DNA from: a virus
Virus record (IMG/VR): IMGVR_UViG_3300045974_000167
Location: 1-64,000 of that record
Strand: one strand, 5' to 3'
Length of the DNA stretch: 64,000 nt
The notes beneath the pieces are model-generated. The model had not been told where the DNA came from, ran no database searches, and was given only the letters and a program-made list of their open reading frames with translations. The translations under genes were made by a program, and so were the position numbers. Position 1 is the first letter of the stretch, and each line of letters starts with the position of its first letter. Positions 37,843 to 47,757 of this stretch are shown piece after piece.

Positions 37843-39134
37843 TCAATCTGACTGAAATCCCGTTATGGACGGACGCTATGGCTGTCTATCCATACTCGGA
37901 AGGTATGGAGGCGGCGTTCACGTTTGTCTCTACCTACGGTGATGAAGTCAAGATGGCTGTGCGTAGCGGCAACCATATCCTTGTGCCCCGCCGTGTCGCC
38001 CCATTGGGTGGGCATGACAAACGGGTGAGTCGGCCGCTTCCTGCAATCGATTGCAAGATGCCGCCTCTGGATGTGGAACAGGCTGGGTGTATTTCTTCCT
38101 CGCTGAAACTTCTACAGAACGGGGTTGACCACGTTCTAGAGGCCCCTACCGGGTTCGGCAAGACCTATATCGGTTCGGCAATCGCGGCGCGACTAGGACA
38201 AGCGACCCTGATTGTGGTCCCTAAACAGGACTTGATGGATTCTTGGTACAAGACCCTGATCAATCTTGTGGGAGTAACCCCGGATGATATCGGAATCGCC
38301 CAAGGCGCTAAACTCGACTACAAAGGCAAACGATTCGTACTCGGCATGGTACAAAGTATCATCCGACCCGGCAAGTATGAAGAAGATTTCTACCGATCTT
38401 TTGGATTGGTTATCTTCGACGAAACGCATCGTATGGCTGCGGAATGTTTCTCCCGAGCCTGCATGTTGTTTCCTGGTATGCATAGACTCGGACTTTCCGC
38501 CACTCCTAAAAGAAATGATGGAAAAACACCTGTCATTAGTGCCCATATCGGGCCTGTCCTCGTTAGAGGTGTCACCGTCCCCATGAGCCCGAAAATCCTC
38601 GTAGAGAGCACCGGTTGCGGGCTCCCTTCGTGGATGGACAACATCGACCCCGGTAGGATGATGGCTGCCTACGGGGCGTTGTCCAAGAATACCCAACGTA
38701 ACGAAAAGATCGTAGGTTTCACCAAGAATGCCTACGGCAAGGGTCGGACTATAGTGCTCATGTCAGACCTCATTTCACACCTAAATCTCCTTAGCAACAT
38801 GCTGATCCAGGCGGGCATCCCTCCCACGGATATCGGGATGTATACCGGCGAGGTTCAGCGTGTCCTGCTCAAGCCCAACGCCAACAAGCGGGTAATCCTC
38901 GCCACCTATGGAATGTGCTCCGAGGGCACAGACTATCCGCATTGGGATACCCTGATCATGGTAACCCCCCGCGCTAACATCAAACAGCCGTTAGGGCGTA
39001 TTCTACGTAAGAAGGCTGGCAAACCCACCCCCGTTGCCCTCGACCTAGTTGATAGCGGGCGCATCTTCAAGGGCTTCTACTACAAACGCTTGAAGCAATA
39101 CCATGAGGTAGGAAGCGAGGTCGTTCAGCTATGA
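37827..39134 (+). CDS. SF2 DExH helicase
   Basis: APTGFGKT, DETH, SAT, QPLGRILR. Confidence 0.92.
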   Translation: MEKRLINLTEIPLWTDAMAVYPYSEGMEAAFTFVSTYGDEVKMAVRSGNHILVPRRVAPLGGHDKRVSRPLPAIDCKMPPLDVEQAGCISSSLKLLQNGVDHVLEAPTGFGKTYIGSAIAARLGQATLIVVPKQDLMDSWYKTLINLVGVTPDDIGIAQGAKLDYKGKRFVLGMVQSIIRPGKYEEDFYRSFGLVIFDETHRMAAECFSRACMLFPGMHRLGLSATPKRNDGKTPVISAHIGPVLVRGVTVPMSPKILVESTGCGLPSWMDNIDPGRMMAAYGALSKNTQRNEKIVGFTKNAYGKGRTIVLMSDLISHLNLLSNMLIQAGIPPTDIGMYTGEVQRVLLKPNANKRVILATYGMCSEGTDYPHWDTLIMVTPRANIKQPLGRILRKKAGKPTPVALDLVDSGRIFKGFYYKRLKQYHEVGSEVVQL

Positions 39135-39577
39135 GCAACGATACTCTGACCACCACCAAGGTTTCTTCGTTTAAGAAGTGGTACGACGCTAACAAGGAAG
39201 AATTCGCAAAGAGGCGGCGCGAGAGATACCATGCTGATGAAACTTTCCGGAAGAATGCCCTCGAAAGGTCAGCCTCTTACCGTAGAGGTAAGAGGGTTGA
39301 GGAACGCGGCCTCCCTCCCGGCTATTCTGTTACTCACTCGGATGCTTGCGAGAAACTGGGCATTGAGGCACCCGTTCTGCGAGCCTGGGCACGAAAGAAC
39401 TACTACCCCGAACCCTTCCAGGCCAACAAGCGTATCTATTTCACAGAAGGGCAGATAACCCTGCTAACGCACTTAGTTGCATTCTTCCAGATGCAGCCAC
39501 CGCATCGTCGTCTTGGGCCTATTGCTCTAAAGAAACTAGACGAACTTACCTCCTACATCCACGCGAACTGGAACTAG
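39131..39577 (+). CDS. MerR/excisionase-like HTH protein
   Basis: 'DACEKLGI...LRAW..K.YYPEP...R.YFT..QI'. Confidence 0.65.
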   Translation: MSNDTLTTTKVSSFKKWYDANKEEFAKRRRERYHADETFRKNALERSASYRRGKRVEERGLPPGYSVTHSDACEKLGIEAPVLRAWARKNYYPEPFQANKRIYFTEGQITLLTHLVAFFQMQPPHRRLGPIALKKLDELTSYIHANWN

Positions 39578-39578
39578 A

Positions 39579-40049
39579 ATGGCTATCAATATGAAGCCCC
39601 CTGCGGGGATTCCGCAGGTGAAATCGGTTGCAAAGTACGACGAACATTTAGCCAAGGCTGCCACAGAAGAAGAGGCACTAACGGCTAAGGCAATGGCGGC
39701 AATCAACCTTCCCAACGAATTCATCCAGCATCTAAAGTCCCCGTCCTCCACCGGTACGGTGAAGGTTGATCACCTCAAGACTGACTACGGGAAGAAGACC
39801 GTAACCCCTGTGGAGGAAACCACTGAGTCGATGGTTGCCCCGCCCATTCCGCTCGATAAGCTGCACAATCTGGCGGTTGCGGGAAAGATGACTATCAATC
39901 TTGGTAACTACGAATCTGCCCAGATCATGGTGTCTCTCACGGTTCCATGCACCAAGGAAACCCTAGAGGACGCCTATGCCTACGCCTCTGATTGGGTGTC
40001 CGACAAGATCGAGTCTGCTGTTGCCAAGGCGAAGAAGGGTAACTCCTAA
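39579..40049 (+). CDS. Hypothetical protein
   Basis: 'TINLGNYES' motif seen in phage replication regions. Confidence 0.65.
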   Translation: MAINMKPPAGIPQVKSVAKYDEHLAKAATEEEALTAKAMAAINLPNEFIQHLKSPSSTGTVKVDHLKTDYGKKTVTPVEETTESMVAPPIPLDKLHNLAVAGKMTINLGNYESAQIMVSLTVPCTKETLEDAYAYASDWVSDKIESAVAKAKKGNS

Positions 40050-41263
40050 TGGGTGTTTCCATCAAGAAGATCGCCGCCGACCCCGCGACATTACCCGTTG
40101 AACCCGTAGACCTCTCCCCAATTTCAACCCCCATCCAGGCAAAGCCCGAGAAGAAGAACGGCAAAACTCCCGCCCCCGACTCCGCAAATCTAGACCATAT
40201 TCTTGCGGCGGTACGTAAAGAAAAGGGCGATAAGATTGCCGTCAAAGGTAGCCAGATCCCCGATGTTGAGAGAATCCATACCGGCGTCTGCGAATTCGAC
40301 GTAGGAACTGGCGGCGGATTCCCCAAGGGGCGCATCACCATCGTCTACGGTGTCGAATCCTCGGGCAAGACAAATCTCGCTCTAAAGGCAATCGCTTACA
40401 TCCAGAAGTATTACCCGCCCGGAAAGAATCGGTGCGCCTTCATCAATCTCGAAGGCACGTTTGATCCTGCTTGGGCTACTAAAATGGGGGTGGACGTTGA
40501 CCAGCTTGATGTCATTAATCCGGCATACGGAGAGGAAGCTGTTGACATTACGGATGCGGTCCTCCGAGCATCCGATCTTGCTATCTGCGTCGTGGACTCA
40601 ATTGCTGTCATGGTATCAAGCAAGGAAATCGCCAAGTCTGTCGAAACCGCAGACATGGGAACTTCCGCCATCCTCATCAAGAGACTATGCAACAAGGCTG
40701 TCATTGCTCTCGCAGAAGAAGCCAGAAAAGACCACTACCCCGCCCTCGTCCTTATCAACCAGCGACGTTTTAAGGTGGGTGTGATGTTCGGGGATCCCGA
40801 AACGATGCCCGGGGGCGAGACAATGAAGTTCCTGTCCAGCCTTACCGTGCGACTCTACGGGAAGAACATTGTAGACAAGAACTACCACCCCGACATTCCC
40901 TGCTGGAAGGACACCAGCGTAATCGTCAAGAAGGCCAAGATTCCTGTTACTTCGGCCAACTTTGAGTACAAGATGGCGATGATGCCTGTTGGCGATATCG
41001 ATATCGGGGATACGGACTCTTGGAACTTTGTATCCGGGTACCTCAAGTCCAACGGGACGCTTGTGAAGGAGAAGGAGGGGTGGCGTATGAAGATGCCCAA
41101 CCTCAAGCCTGCCATCATGCCCACCCTCGCTGGGTGGGAGGAACAGTACGTCTGTGATCTTGGCTTCCGTGTGAATTGTCAGCAGGAAGTCGTGAAAATG
41201 CTACAGGATAAGAAGTTCACCGTTGCGGAGAAGGAAGAGTCCGCGCCTGCCGTTGATAAGTGA
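40049..41263 (+). CDS. recA: RecA-like recombinase
   Basis: GGGFPKGRI, GVESSGKT, VVDS, INQ, MFGDPETMPGG. Confidence 0.95.
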   Translation: MGVSIKKIAADPATLPVEPVDLSPISTPIQAKPEKKNGKTPAPDSANLDHILAAVRKEKGDKIAVKGSQIPDVERIHTGVCEFDVGTGGGFPKGRITIVYGVESSGKTNLALKAIAYIQKYYPPGKNRCAFINLEGTFDPAWATKMGVDVDQLDVINPAYGEEAVDITDAVLRASDLAICVVDSIAVMVSSKEIAKSVETADMGTSAILIKRLCNKAVIALAEEARKDHYPALVLINQRRFKVGVMFGDPETMPGGETMKFLSSLTVRLYGKNIVDKNYHPDIPCWKDTSVIVKKAKIPVTSANFEYKMAMMPVGDIDIGDTDSWNFVSGYLKSNGTLVKEKEGWRMKMPNLKPAIMPTLAGWEEQYVCDLGFRVNCQQEVVKMLQDKKFTVAEKEESAPAVDK

Positions 41264-41270
41264 GGCTGTC

Positions 41271-41435
41271 ATGGTGGAGGGGGAAGTTGCTAGGGAGTAT
41301 GCGCGGGTTATTTGCGACAAATGCCGGGGGCAGGGATGTGAACCCAACTGGGCCACGCGCTGTGAGAGGTGTAACGGCGCTGGCTCTATGCTTGTACCGG
41401 TGACCAAAGATGAACCCGTATCTAAAACGGCTTGA
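41271..41435 (+). CDS. DnaJ-type zinc-finger miniprotein
   Basis: CDKCRGQG...CERCNGAG. Confidence 0.55.
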   Translation: MVEGEVAREYARVICDKCRGQGCEPNWATRCERCNGAGSMLVPVTKDEPVSKTA

Positions 41436-41766
41436 AAAGAGTGGTTCTTCGGGGCATGGAAAAAAGTCTGAAAAGAGGGTGGCTAAATCCCTAGCCGCCC
41501 GACTCACGCCCGCCAGCGGGGCTCTGCGGGGCGCTAAGGGGGACTTTAAGACAGAAGTATATCTGTGCGAAGCCAAGAGCACGGTGAAAACTTCTCTCCC
41601 GATAGAACTAGCCTGGATGGTTAAAATCTCTGTAGAAGCACTCAATACCGGCAGGGTTCCTGCGGTCGCCCTTAGTTTCGTGACCCCTGACGGTTCTGCT
41701 AAGGCTTACGGTGATTGGGTGGCTATCCCCAAGCATGAATTTCAGCGGTTGACGGAAGATAGATGA
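41410..41766 (+). CDS. PD-(D/E)XK nuclease, Hjc-like resolvase
   Basis: E..VA, SGA...KGD, EAKST. Confidence 0.75.
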   Translation: MNPYLKRLEKSGSSGHGKKSEKRVAKSLAARLTPASGALRGAKGDFKTEVYLCEAKSTVKTSLPIELAWMVKISVEALNTGRVPAVALSFVTPDGSAKAYGDWVAIPKHEFQRLTEDR

Positions 41767-42668
41767 AATTCCTAGAGAACGCTGTGAAGAAGGCCCACGG
41801 CCCTACACACAGCATCATCCAAGCGTTGAAGGAACACCTAGGAAAGCCCCTCAAGGCTCGTTCCCACAAAGAGATCCATGCCTCCGACCTGACCAAAGAG
41901 CACTTCTGCCCGCGAGAGGTAGCTCTACTTGATACTCTGATCCTTACCCGTAAGGATCAGCACGTAGGTACGGCTATGCGGGTGACGTTCGACGTTGGGG
42001 AACTAACGGCTAAGGCGTTCACGGACAAGTGGCTGCGCGATAAGGTAGTCGGTGATTGGTATTGTCTGCGCTGTGCGGCTATGCGTAGGTTTGTGAAGTA
42101 CCCCGACCCTACCGACTCCACCGGGGGCTGTAGCACTTTGGGCCATTTATGGGAACACATGGAGATCCGGTTTAAGGACGAGTATTTCCAGTATTCAGGT
42201 GCAATCGATTGCATTCTTGACCTAGGAGCGCCGAAGCTCACGATTGTCGAGCTTAAAATCATGGCACCCGAAATGTTCGCCAAGCTTGAGGCCCCGCTTG
42301 CCGAGCACCGGATCCGCACCAACCTCTACATGAACCTAGTTGAGAACTCGAAACACCCGAACAAGGACAAAATCAATACAAAGTGGGCCAAAATCCTGTA
42401 TATCTCGCGGGGCTACGGGAAGAAGGGGGAATCCGGAGAAGTCCTACCCTTCAAAGAGTTCGATGTAGAACGCAACGATGATGATTTAGAGACTCCGCTA
42501 GGTAAGGCCCTCGCGGTTAAACACTTTAGAGTAACAGGCCAAATTCCTGGGGGCATCTGCCCTTTTTCCTATTCCCCGGAAGCAAAATCGTGTACGGTGA
42601 ATAATCAATGCTTTTCCGGAAAGTACCCCCCCGTTAAAGGACTTGACTCCAACGGCGGGAAGTATTAA
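41763..42668 (+). CDS. Cas4-like PD-(D/E)XK exonuclease
   Basis: HAS..CPR, GAID, ELK, C-terminal C..C..C. Confidence 0.8.
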   Translation: MKFLENAVKKAHGPTHSIIQALKEHLGKPLKARSHKEIHASDLTKEHFCPREVALLDTLILTRKDQHVGTAMRVTFDVGELTAKAFTDKWLRDKVVGDWYCLRCAAMRRFVKYPDPTDSTGGCSTLGHLWEHMEIRFKDEYFQYSGAIDCILDLGAPKLTIVELKIMAPEMFAKLEAPLAEHRIRTNLYMNLVENSKHPNKDKINTKWAKILYISRGYGKKGESGEVLPFKEFDVERNDDDLETPLGKALAVKHFRVTGQIPGGICPFSYSPEAKSCTVNNQCFSGKYPPVKGLDSNGGKY

Positions 42669-42700
42669 TACATGGGTACAACGATTGAGGCAGGAACCGA

Positions 42701-43240
42701 GTGCCCGTAACGATAACGAAAAAGCTTGTATCGGTGCCATCCGCTACAAGCATCCTGGGACGGGTGATGGGTGTTGACCCGTCAACGTACACCGGCATAA
42801 TTGTACTAGACGGTGATACGGTAGTGTGTCGAAAAGTAATCAATTTCCCCGAAGTAGAGGGGTATAAGCGGTTGCAACTGATTGCACGGGAGTTTATGAG
42901 GTTGGTACGGATGAACACGCCGCGCCATATCTTCATCGAGCAACAGATTTTCGGCGGCAAGTTCAACCACGCCGTACAGGGTCAAATCAGCGCACTACTC
43001 AGAATGTCGTTGTTTGAGTACGGCGAGCCGTGGTACGACGTAACTCCTACCACGCTGAAGAAGTGGGCGACGGGAAGCGGTAAGGCTGACAAAAAACAGA
43101 TGAAGTCAGCGGTACTTGCTAAGTGGGGATTTGATTCAAAGAGTGACGACGAAGTAGATGCGTATGCAATCGCCCGTCTTGGGCAATTCGTAGTCGGCTC
43201 ACCGTCGCCTACGATAAAGGGTGTAAATAAAGGAGTGTAG
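42701..43240 (+). CDS. ruvC: RuvC-like Holliday junction resolvase
   Basis: GVDPS, IE, LKK.ATGSG.ADK, DEVDA. Confidence 0.85.
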   Translation: MPVTITKKLVSVPSATSILGRVMGVDPSTYTGIIVLDGDTVVCRKVINFPEVEGYKRLQLIAREFMRLVRMNTPRHIFIEQQIFGGKFNHAVQGQISALLRMSLFEYGEPWYDVTPTTLKKWATGSGKADKKQMKSAVLAKWGFDSKSDDEVDAYAIARLGQFVVGSPSPTIKGVNKGV

Positions 43241-43244
43241 AACA

Positions 43245-44003
43245 ATGGATACCAAGGACTTCAAGCGCAACTCGTACAAGCTGCTTTCCCCGAAGACCGC
43301 GAAGGAGGGCTTCCGCGCCGTAGCCCGCAAGCGCCGTGATGTCAACGTCGCTAGCTCGATCCTCAACATCGCGGCTGCGACCAACACCTTCCAGGGTGCC
43401 GTTGCAGAGCACATCCACCCCGGCGTTCAGCTTAACGACAAGCTGCGCGGCGCGGCCAAGCACGCCCTCGGCCCGTGCCTACAGCACGCCGTTGCTCTCG
43501 CCAAGGTGCTGAAGGTGAAGGTGCCCTCGTCCCACCGCAAGATCAAGTCGAAGAACACGGTGACCGGCGGCATCATGGACATCACCCGCCTGGGCGGCGA
43601 CCTGCTCTACACCTACGTTGCAGCCGTTAACTCTGCTCGCGTAGTCCCCCTCACCGCCGAGGAGATCGCTGCCCTCCCTGCCCCCAAGCCGGTTGCCGAG
43701 GGCAAGAAGGCCAAGGTTGCCAAGACCGACAAGATCGTTGTTGATCCTGTCAACGTCGAGGTACTCAAGGTTCAGCTTTCCGCCTACCTCGCCGCTGTCT
43801 ACGAGTTCTCCTGGCTGATGCTGCACGGTCCCGTTGCCGATGTCATGGGCGCGCACATCGCGCAGATCACGCCGAATCACCCCAAGGGCTTCTTCGACGC
43901 TCCCCCGAAGAAGGAGATGCCGAAGGGGTTAGTTCCCCGGAAGAAGAAGGATGCCGCCGCCGTGGTCGCCAAGGCAGAGGCAAAGAAGGCTGTCAAGGCG
44001 TAA
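43245..44003 (+). CDS. Basic helical protein, possibly degenerate MazG-like fold
   Basis: AAGGAG RBS; high-expression codons; MazG-like residue spacing without acidic residues. Confidence 0.55.
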   Translation: MDTKDFKRNSYKLLSPKTAKEGFRAVARKRRDVNVASSILNIAAATNTFQGAVAEHIHPGVQLNDKLRGAAKHALGPCLQHAVALAKVLKVKVPSSHRKIKSKNTVTGGIMDITRLGGDLLYTYVAAVNSARVVPLTAEEIAALPAPKPVAEGKKAKVAKTDKIVVDPVNVEVLKVQLSAYLAAVYEFSWLMLHGPVADVMGAHIAQITPNHPKGFFDAPPKKEMPKGLVPRKKKDAAAVVAKAEAKKAVKA

Positions 44004-44031
44004 AACAAACCGTCCATCGAGGCTTTTTCGA

Positions 44032-44060
44032 TTGACTTACATGGCGCGGTAATCTACGAT
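44032..44060 (+). promoter_or_regulatory. Sigma70-type promoter
   Basis: TTGACT-17bp-TACGAT. Confidence 0.7.
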
Positions 44061-44103
44061 TCATCCACTTGCGGATTTCCCCGCGCCAACGGAGTGTAAA
44101 AAA

Positions 44104-44889
44104 ATGAGCGAAACCCCTGTTTCTGATGTGCAGGCTACGACCGAGGCTCCCCCCGTAGAGAAGGTTGCCAAGGCCAAGGTGAAGGCGGCTGGCAACTTCA
44201 TCATGGACACCGCCACCGAGATCGAAACCCTCACCAAGACCAAGGCGCTGAATTACGCCGACAAGCTTGCCGAGGACATCGACAACAACAGCTTCAAGCT
44301 CGGCGGCTGCCTCAAGGTGATCCTCGATAACGGTTGGTTCGAGGGTGCCGAATCGTTCGGTGAGTTCGTCGCCAACCGGTTCGGGTTTCAGGAGCGTAAG
44401 GCCCGCTACCTGATGGAGATTTACGAGAACCTCGTTTCCAAGCAGATTCCTTGGGAGAAGGTTCAGATCCTAGGGTGGTCGAAGCTGAAGGATCTCGCCA
44501 AGCACCTGACGCCAGAGAACGTCGATGAGTGGGTCGCCAAGGCCCAGAACGTGACGGTCACCGAGCTTCAGGCGATGCTCAAGGCCACCGCGTCGGACTC
44601 CCCCGACAAGACGACTTCGGACACCACCACGCTGAAGTTCAAGTTCAAGAACGACCAGCTTGAGACTGTTCAGTCGGCGCTGTCGAAGGCGAAGGCCGAG
44701 ACCAACACCGAGTTCGACAACGTTGCCATCGAGAACATCTGCGCTGGCTACCTCGGCGGCACGGTCGCCGCTGCGAAGGGCGCTGACCTCAAGACCCAGA
44801 TGCAGGGCGCTGGGTGGGAGGCTGTCCTGGGAATCTTCGGAGAGCTGTTCCCGAAGGTTGACCTCACGGTTTCGGTGCAGGACGGGTAG
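44104..44889 (+). CDS. Putative HTH DNA-binding protein, monocistronic, likely abundant
   Basis: 'FKLG..L', 'SFGEFV..RFGF.ERKARYLM', 'LGWSKL'; own promoter and terminator. Confidence 0.6.
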   Translation: MSETPVSDVQATTEAPPVEKVAKAKVKAAGNFIMDTATEIETLTKTKALNYADKLAEDIDNNSFKLGGCLKVILDNGWFEGAESFGEFVANRFGFQERKARYLMEIYENLVSKQIPWEKVQILGWSKLKDLAKHLTPENVDEWVAKAQNVTVTELQAMLKATASDSPDKTTSDTTTLKFKFKNDQLETVQSALSKAKAETNTEFDNVAIENICAGYLGGTVAAAKGADLKTQMQGAGWEAVLGIFGELFPKVDLTVSVQDG

Positions 44890-44918
44890 ATAGGAACGGG
44901 TTACCCGTTGGCAACCAT

Positions 44919-44959
44919 GACCCCACCTGGGAATCCTCCCACGGTGGGGTCTTGTATTT
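44919..44959 (+). terminator. Intrinsic terminator
   Basis: GACCCCACC/GGTGGGGTC stem + TTGTATTT. Confidence 0.75.
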
Positions 44960-44977
44960 CACAATGGAGTGTTCCCC

Positions 44978-45262
44978 ATGTTTTTTAATCCCAAGATTAT
45001 TGTTTTAGAAACGTGGGCCGGTAAGAACGGCTCAGGTGCCGAGATTTGCAACTACCGGTGTGCGTGTAGAACCTGCGGCGCGTCGTGGACAATGACGGGG
45101 CACCCTGATTGGAACATCCGGTGCTTTCAATGCCAAGAGTCTACTTCCCCCGCTAGTTTCTTCCGTAGACTGAGGGAAGACTTTGCTGCTGGCGAATTCA
45201 AGTACGTCCCTAACGTTGATGGCACCAATCATCGCGTGCGTGATGGCTATAATAATCAGTAA
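44978..45262 (+). CDS. Zinc-ribbon protein
   Basis: CRTCG...CFQC. Confidence 0.6.
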   Translation: MFFNPKIIVLETWAGKNGSGAEICNYRCACRTCGASWTMTGHPDWNIRCFQCQESTSPASFFRRLREDFAAGEFKYVPNVDGTNHRVRDGYNNQ

Positions 45263-45575
45263 GCAAGCCAAGAAGATTCTGAATCGCTCCGAAGTCCACG
45301 TTGAAAAGGTCAAACCGGTCCACAAAACCGGCACCCTCGTCCCCTCTACGAATGACCCTAATAGTTCCGTATTGGCTGCCCTGTGGGCTCTGCCCGGTCG
45401 CCCCGGTCAAACCCTTATGATCGTTAAACGCGCCACCGGTAGAACTTACCGAGTCATCTGCTACAACCCTGTTACTAGAGTAATGGGCCTAGCCAGTGAA
45501 GAACTGGCGGGCCATACCTTCGATGCACCTTACACTGAAGATGCGGAGGCCAGATACACGCCACTATGGCGTTGA
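45243..45575 (+). CDS. Hypothetical protein
   Basis: Fills gene string. Confidence 0.6.
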   Translation: MAIIISKQAKKILNRSEVHVEKVKPVHKTGTLVPSTNDPNSSVLAALWALPGRPGQTLMIVKRATGRTYRVICYNPVTRVMGLASEELAGHTFDAPYTEDAEARYTPLWR

Positions 45576-45594
45576 GTGCAACTGATTGCAGGAT

Positions 45595-45623
45595 TTGACA
45601 ATCCTAGAGTGTTGATGTAATCT
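45595..45623 (+). promoter_or_regulatory. Sigma70-type promoter with 14-bp motif 4 bp upstream of -35
   Basis: TTGACA-17bp-TAATCT; motif at 45577-45590. Confidence 0.7.
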
Positions 45624-45642
45624 CCCGAAATCCCATGGAGGG

Positions 45643-46584
45643 ATGATGGAACAAAAAGAGATGTTCCCTGCGGTAACAGGGAACAGCCCAGCGCACCACT
45701 CCCAGGTGATGAGTGCGTTCATCAAGTGCATCCGGCTACGTCGAACCGACGACGCGGTGTACTGGTTCACGCACTTCAACCACTTCTGGCCGAAGGAACA
45801 GTTCCGGCTGACCCGCCGCATCCTGATCTGTTCAGCGGAAGATTGCATCGATGTCCCGGTGCAGAAGGAGGTCGCGGCGTGGTTTATCGGGGCCATCAAT
45901 CAGAAGGATAGGACGGCGTGGTATCGTGGCGCTGTCGCCAAGATCCATCTGATTTGCGCCACACGTAACTGGTGGTGGCAACCGACCGGACGACGCTACG
46001 TCGTTCGATGGACGGAGACTGAACGAACACTGGGGCTCCTGCCGGAACTAACTAAGTCCGAGCTAGTAAAACTCCCTGTCGATTTCGATAAAGAGGGTGT
46101 AGCCCTAATTCAGCATATGCTACTCAATGCTGGATTTGAAGATTACAAGGCTAGAGGTGCATACGCTGCGATGCTTGAAGAGAGAGCGCGCACCACAGAA
46201 AATATGTCGGCGCGACTTTCTGCTGGAATCCATCGAAAGTACGCAAAGCTTCTCGGGAAGGATGAGAATTTCACGGGCCAAGCTCTGTATAAACTTGCCG
46301 GGGGAAGTCTTGGGATTAATGCTTACCCTGCAATAAAGGCAGAGGATGTCAGAGATTCCGTTCATAAGGCCCTAACGCGGTTGAAGAATCCAGAGAAGAC
46401 GCCTTCATGGACCCACGACGGAATCCATTGCTATGGTAAAGATAGGCGATTTGCAGGCGTCCTTCGCAGTATGGTTGGATGCTGTAACGCATTTAGCCAT
46501 TACGGACGCCTTGACCCCGCCGACGAATTCACTGAGGAAATGTATGAGCTCTCCAATGTCAGCTTCTCCCACAAGCTTCTTTAG
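45643..46584 (+). CDS. Stand-alone MgsA/RarA C-terminal-like domain protein
   Basis: 'SAFIKCIR....DAVYW', 'RRILICSAED'; no Walker motifs. Confidence 0.65.
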   Translation: MMEQKEMFPAVTGNSPAHHSQVMSAFIKCIRLRRTDDAVYWFTHFNHFWPKEQFRLTRRILICSAEDCIDVPVQKEVAAWFIGAINQKDRTAWYRGAVAKIHLICATRNWWWQPTGRRYVVRWTETERTLGLLPELTKSELVKLPVDFDKEGVALIQHMLLNAGFEDYKARGAYAAMLEERARTTENMSARLSAGIHRKYAKLLGKDENFTGQALYKLAGGSLGINAYPAIKAEDVRDSVHKALTRLKNPEKTPSWTHDGIHCYGKDRRFAGVLRSMVGCCNAFSHYGRLDPADEFTEEMYELSNVSFSHKLL

Positions 46585-47158
46585 GGATGATACAGAAACC
46601 CTGTACGTTGTCTCTGCCCATGAGCACGGGGCAACGTCCAAGGCCCTGTTCAGCCCAGAGGAATTGCACGATTCCCGTGTAGAACGCGCAGGGGAATTGC
46701 TCAAGATGGCGGCGGTGCAGGGGGATACTGTCCTAGATGTTGGATGCGGCTATGGCTCGCTAATTCCACACGTTCCGGCAGGTGTTAAGTATGTGGGGAT
46801 GGACCCCAATCCAGCTTTTCTCAAAAAGGCAAGCGAGGATTACCCATCTACCTTGTTTATCCACTCTGGGATTCCCCTGGCCGATAACATACCACCACCA
46901 CTCTGCGATTACGTCGTTAGTCTCGGAGTTGCGTGTCACCTCATGTCCGGTGTCGCGTCCCTTGTTTGGTACGCTCATAAGCTCCAGTTAATGGCCCGTA
47001 AGGGCATCATTATCGAGATTCAAACACCAGCGTACAACGGCTCCTTCACCAAGTTTAGCACGGAAGAGATCGTGCAGGCATTCTGCCAACGCATAAAAGC
47101 AGAGAATACACTATCCCACCCGAAGGATAGCGCCTCGACTTACCTGTTCTTCCTATGA
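46544..47158 (+). CDS. Class I SAM-dependent methyltransferase
   Basis: VLDVGCGYG, YVGMD, DYVVSLG. Confidence 0.85.
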   Translation: MSSPMSASPTSFFRDDTETLYVVSAHEHGATSKALFSPEELHDSRVERAGELLKMAAVQGDTVLDVGCGYGSLIPHVPAGVKYVGMDPNPAFLKKASEDYPSTLFIHSGIPLADNIPPPLCDYVVSLGVACHLMSGVASLVWYAHKLQLMARKGIIIEIQTPAYNGSFTKFSTEEIVQAFCQRIKAENTLSHPKDSASTYLFFL

Positions 47159-47757
47159 GCGTCCTAATCGTTAAAGCCTCACCCATCGAAAAGAAGTACA
47201 AGACAATTGCTGCCGATCCCCCGTGGGCTGAACACGGCGGCGGCAAGGTGCAGCGGGGGGCTGACCGGCACTATGACCTGATGAAAACTGCTGAGATTGC
47301 GGCGTTTGGTATGCGCGTGCAACTGATTGCAGATAAGGACGCCCACCTCTACCTTTGGGCCACGAACAACCACCTAGAGGATGCTCTATCCATCCTCCCC
47401 GCGTGGGGATTCAAGTTCGTGACAATGATTACGTGGGTCAAGGAAGGTAAACCCGGCCTGGGTCAATACTTCCGTGGACTTACTGAGCATTGCATCTTCG
47501 CCAAGCGCGGACAACCCACCTACCGCGTCGGAATCAACGGCAAGAGGGCACAAGGGCTTACTGCACTTCTAGATGAAGGTCGCGGCCTCTGGTTCAAGGC
47601 CAAACGTGGCAAGCACTCTGAGAAACCTGCCCAGTTATACACTTGGGCACGTTCCGTTAGCCACGGACCCTACCTTGAAATGTTCGCCCGTGTCGCCCGC
47701 CCAGGTTGGGATAGCTGGGGAATCGAGGCCCCCACTTCTACCAAGGTCAATCTATGA
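47155..47757 (+). CDS. MT-A70-family adenine methyltransferase
   Basis: ADPPW, LYLW, TWVK, TEH, HSEKP, LEMFAR. Confidence 0.92.
   Translation: MSVLIVKASPIEKKYKTIAADPPWAEHGGGKVQRGADRHYDLMKTAEIAAFGMRVQLIADKDAHLYLWATNNHLEDALSILPAWGFKFVTMITWVKEGKPGLGQYFRGLTEHCIFAKRGQPTYRVGINGKRAQGLTALLDEGRGLWFKAKRGKHSEKPAQLYTWARSVSHGPYLEMFARVARPGWDSWGIEAPTSTKVNL

Noticed and set aside
41763-42668. Cas4 as evidence of a CRISPR-Cas system
   Set aside because: Solo Cas4-like nuclease in a recombination cluster; no array or other cas genes
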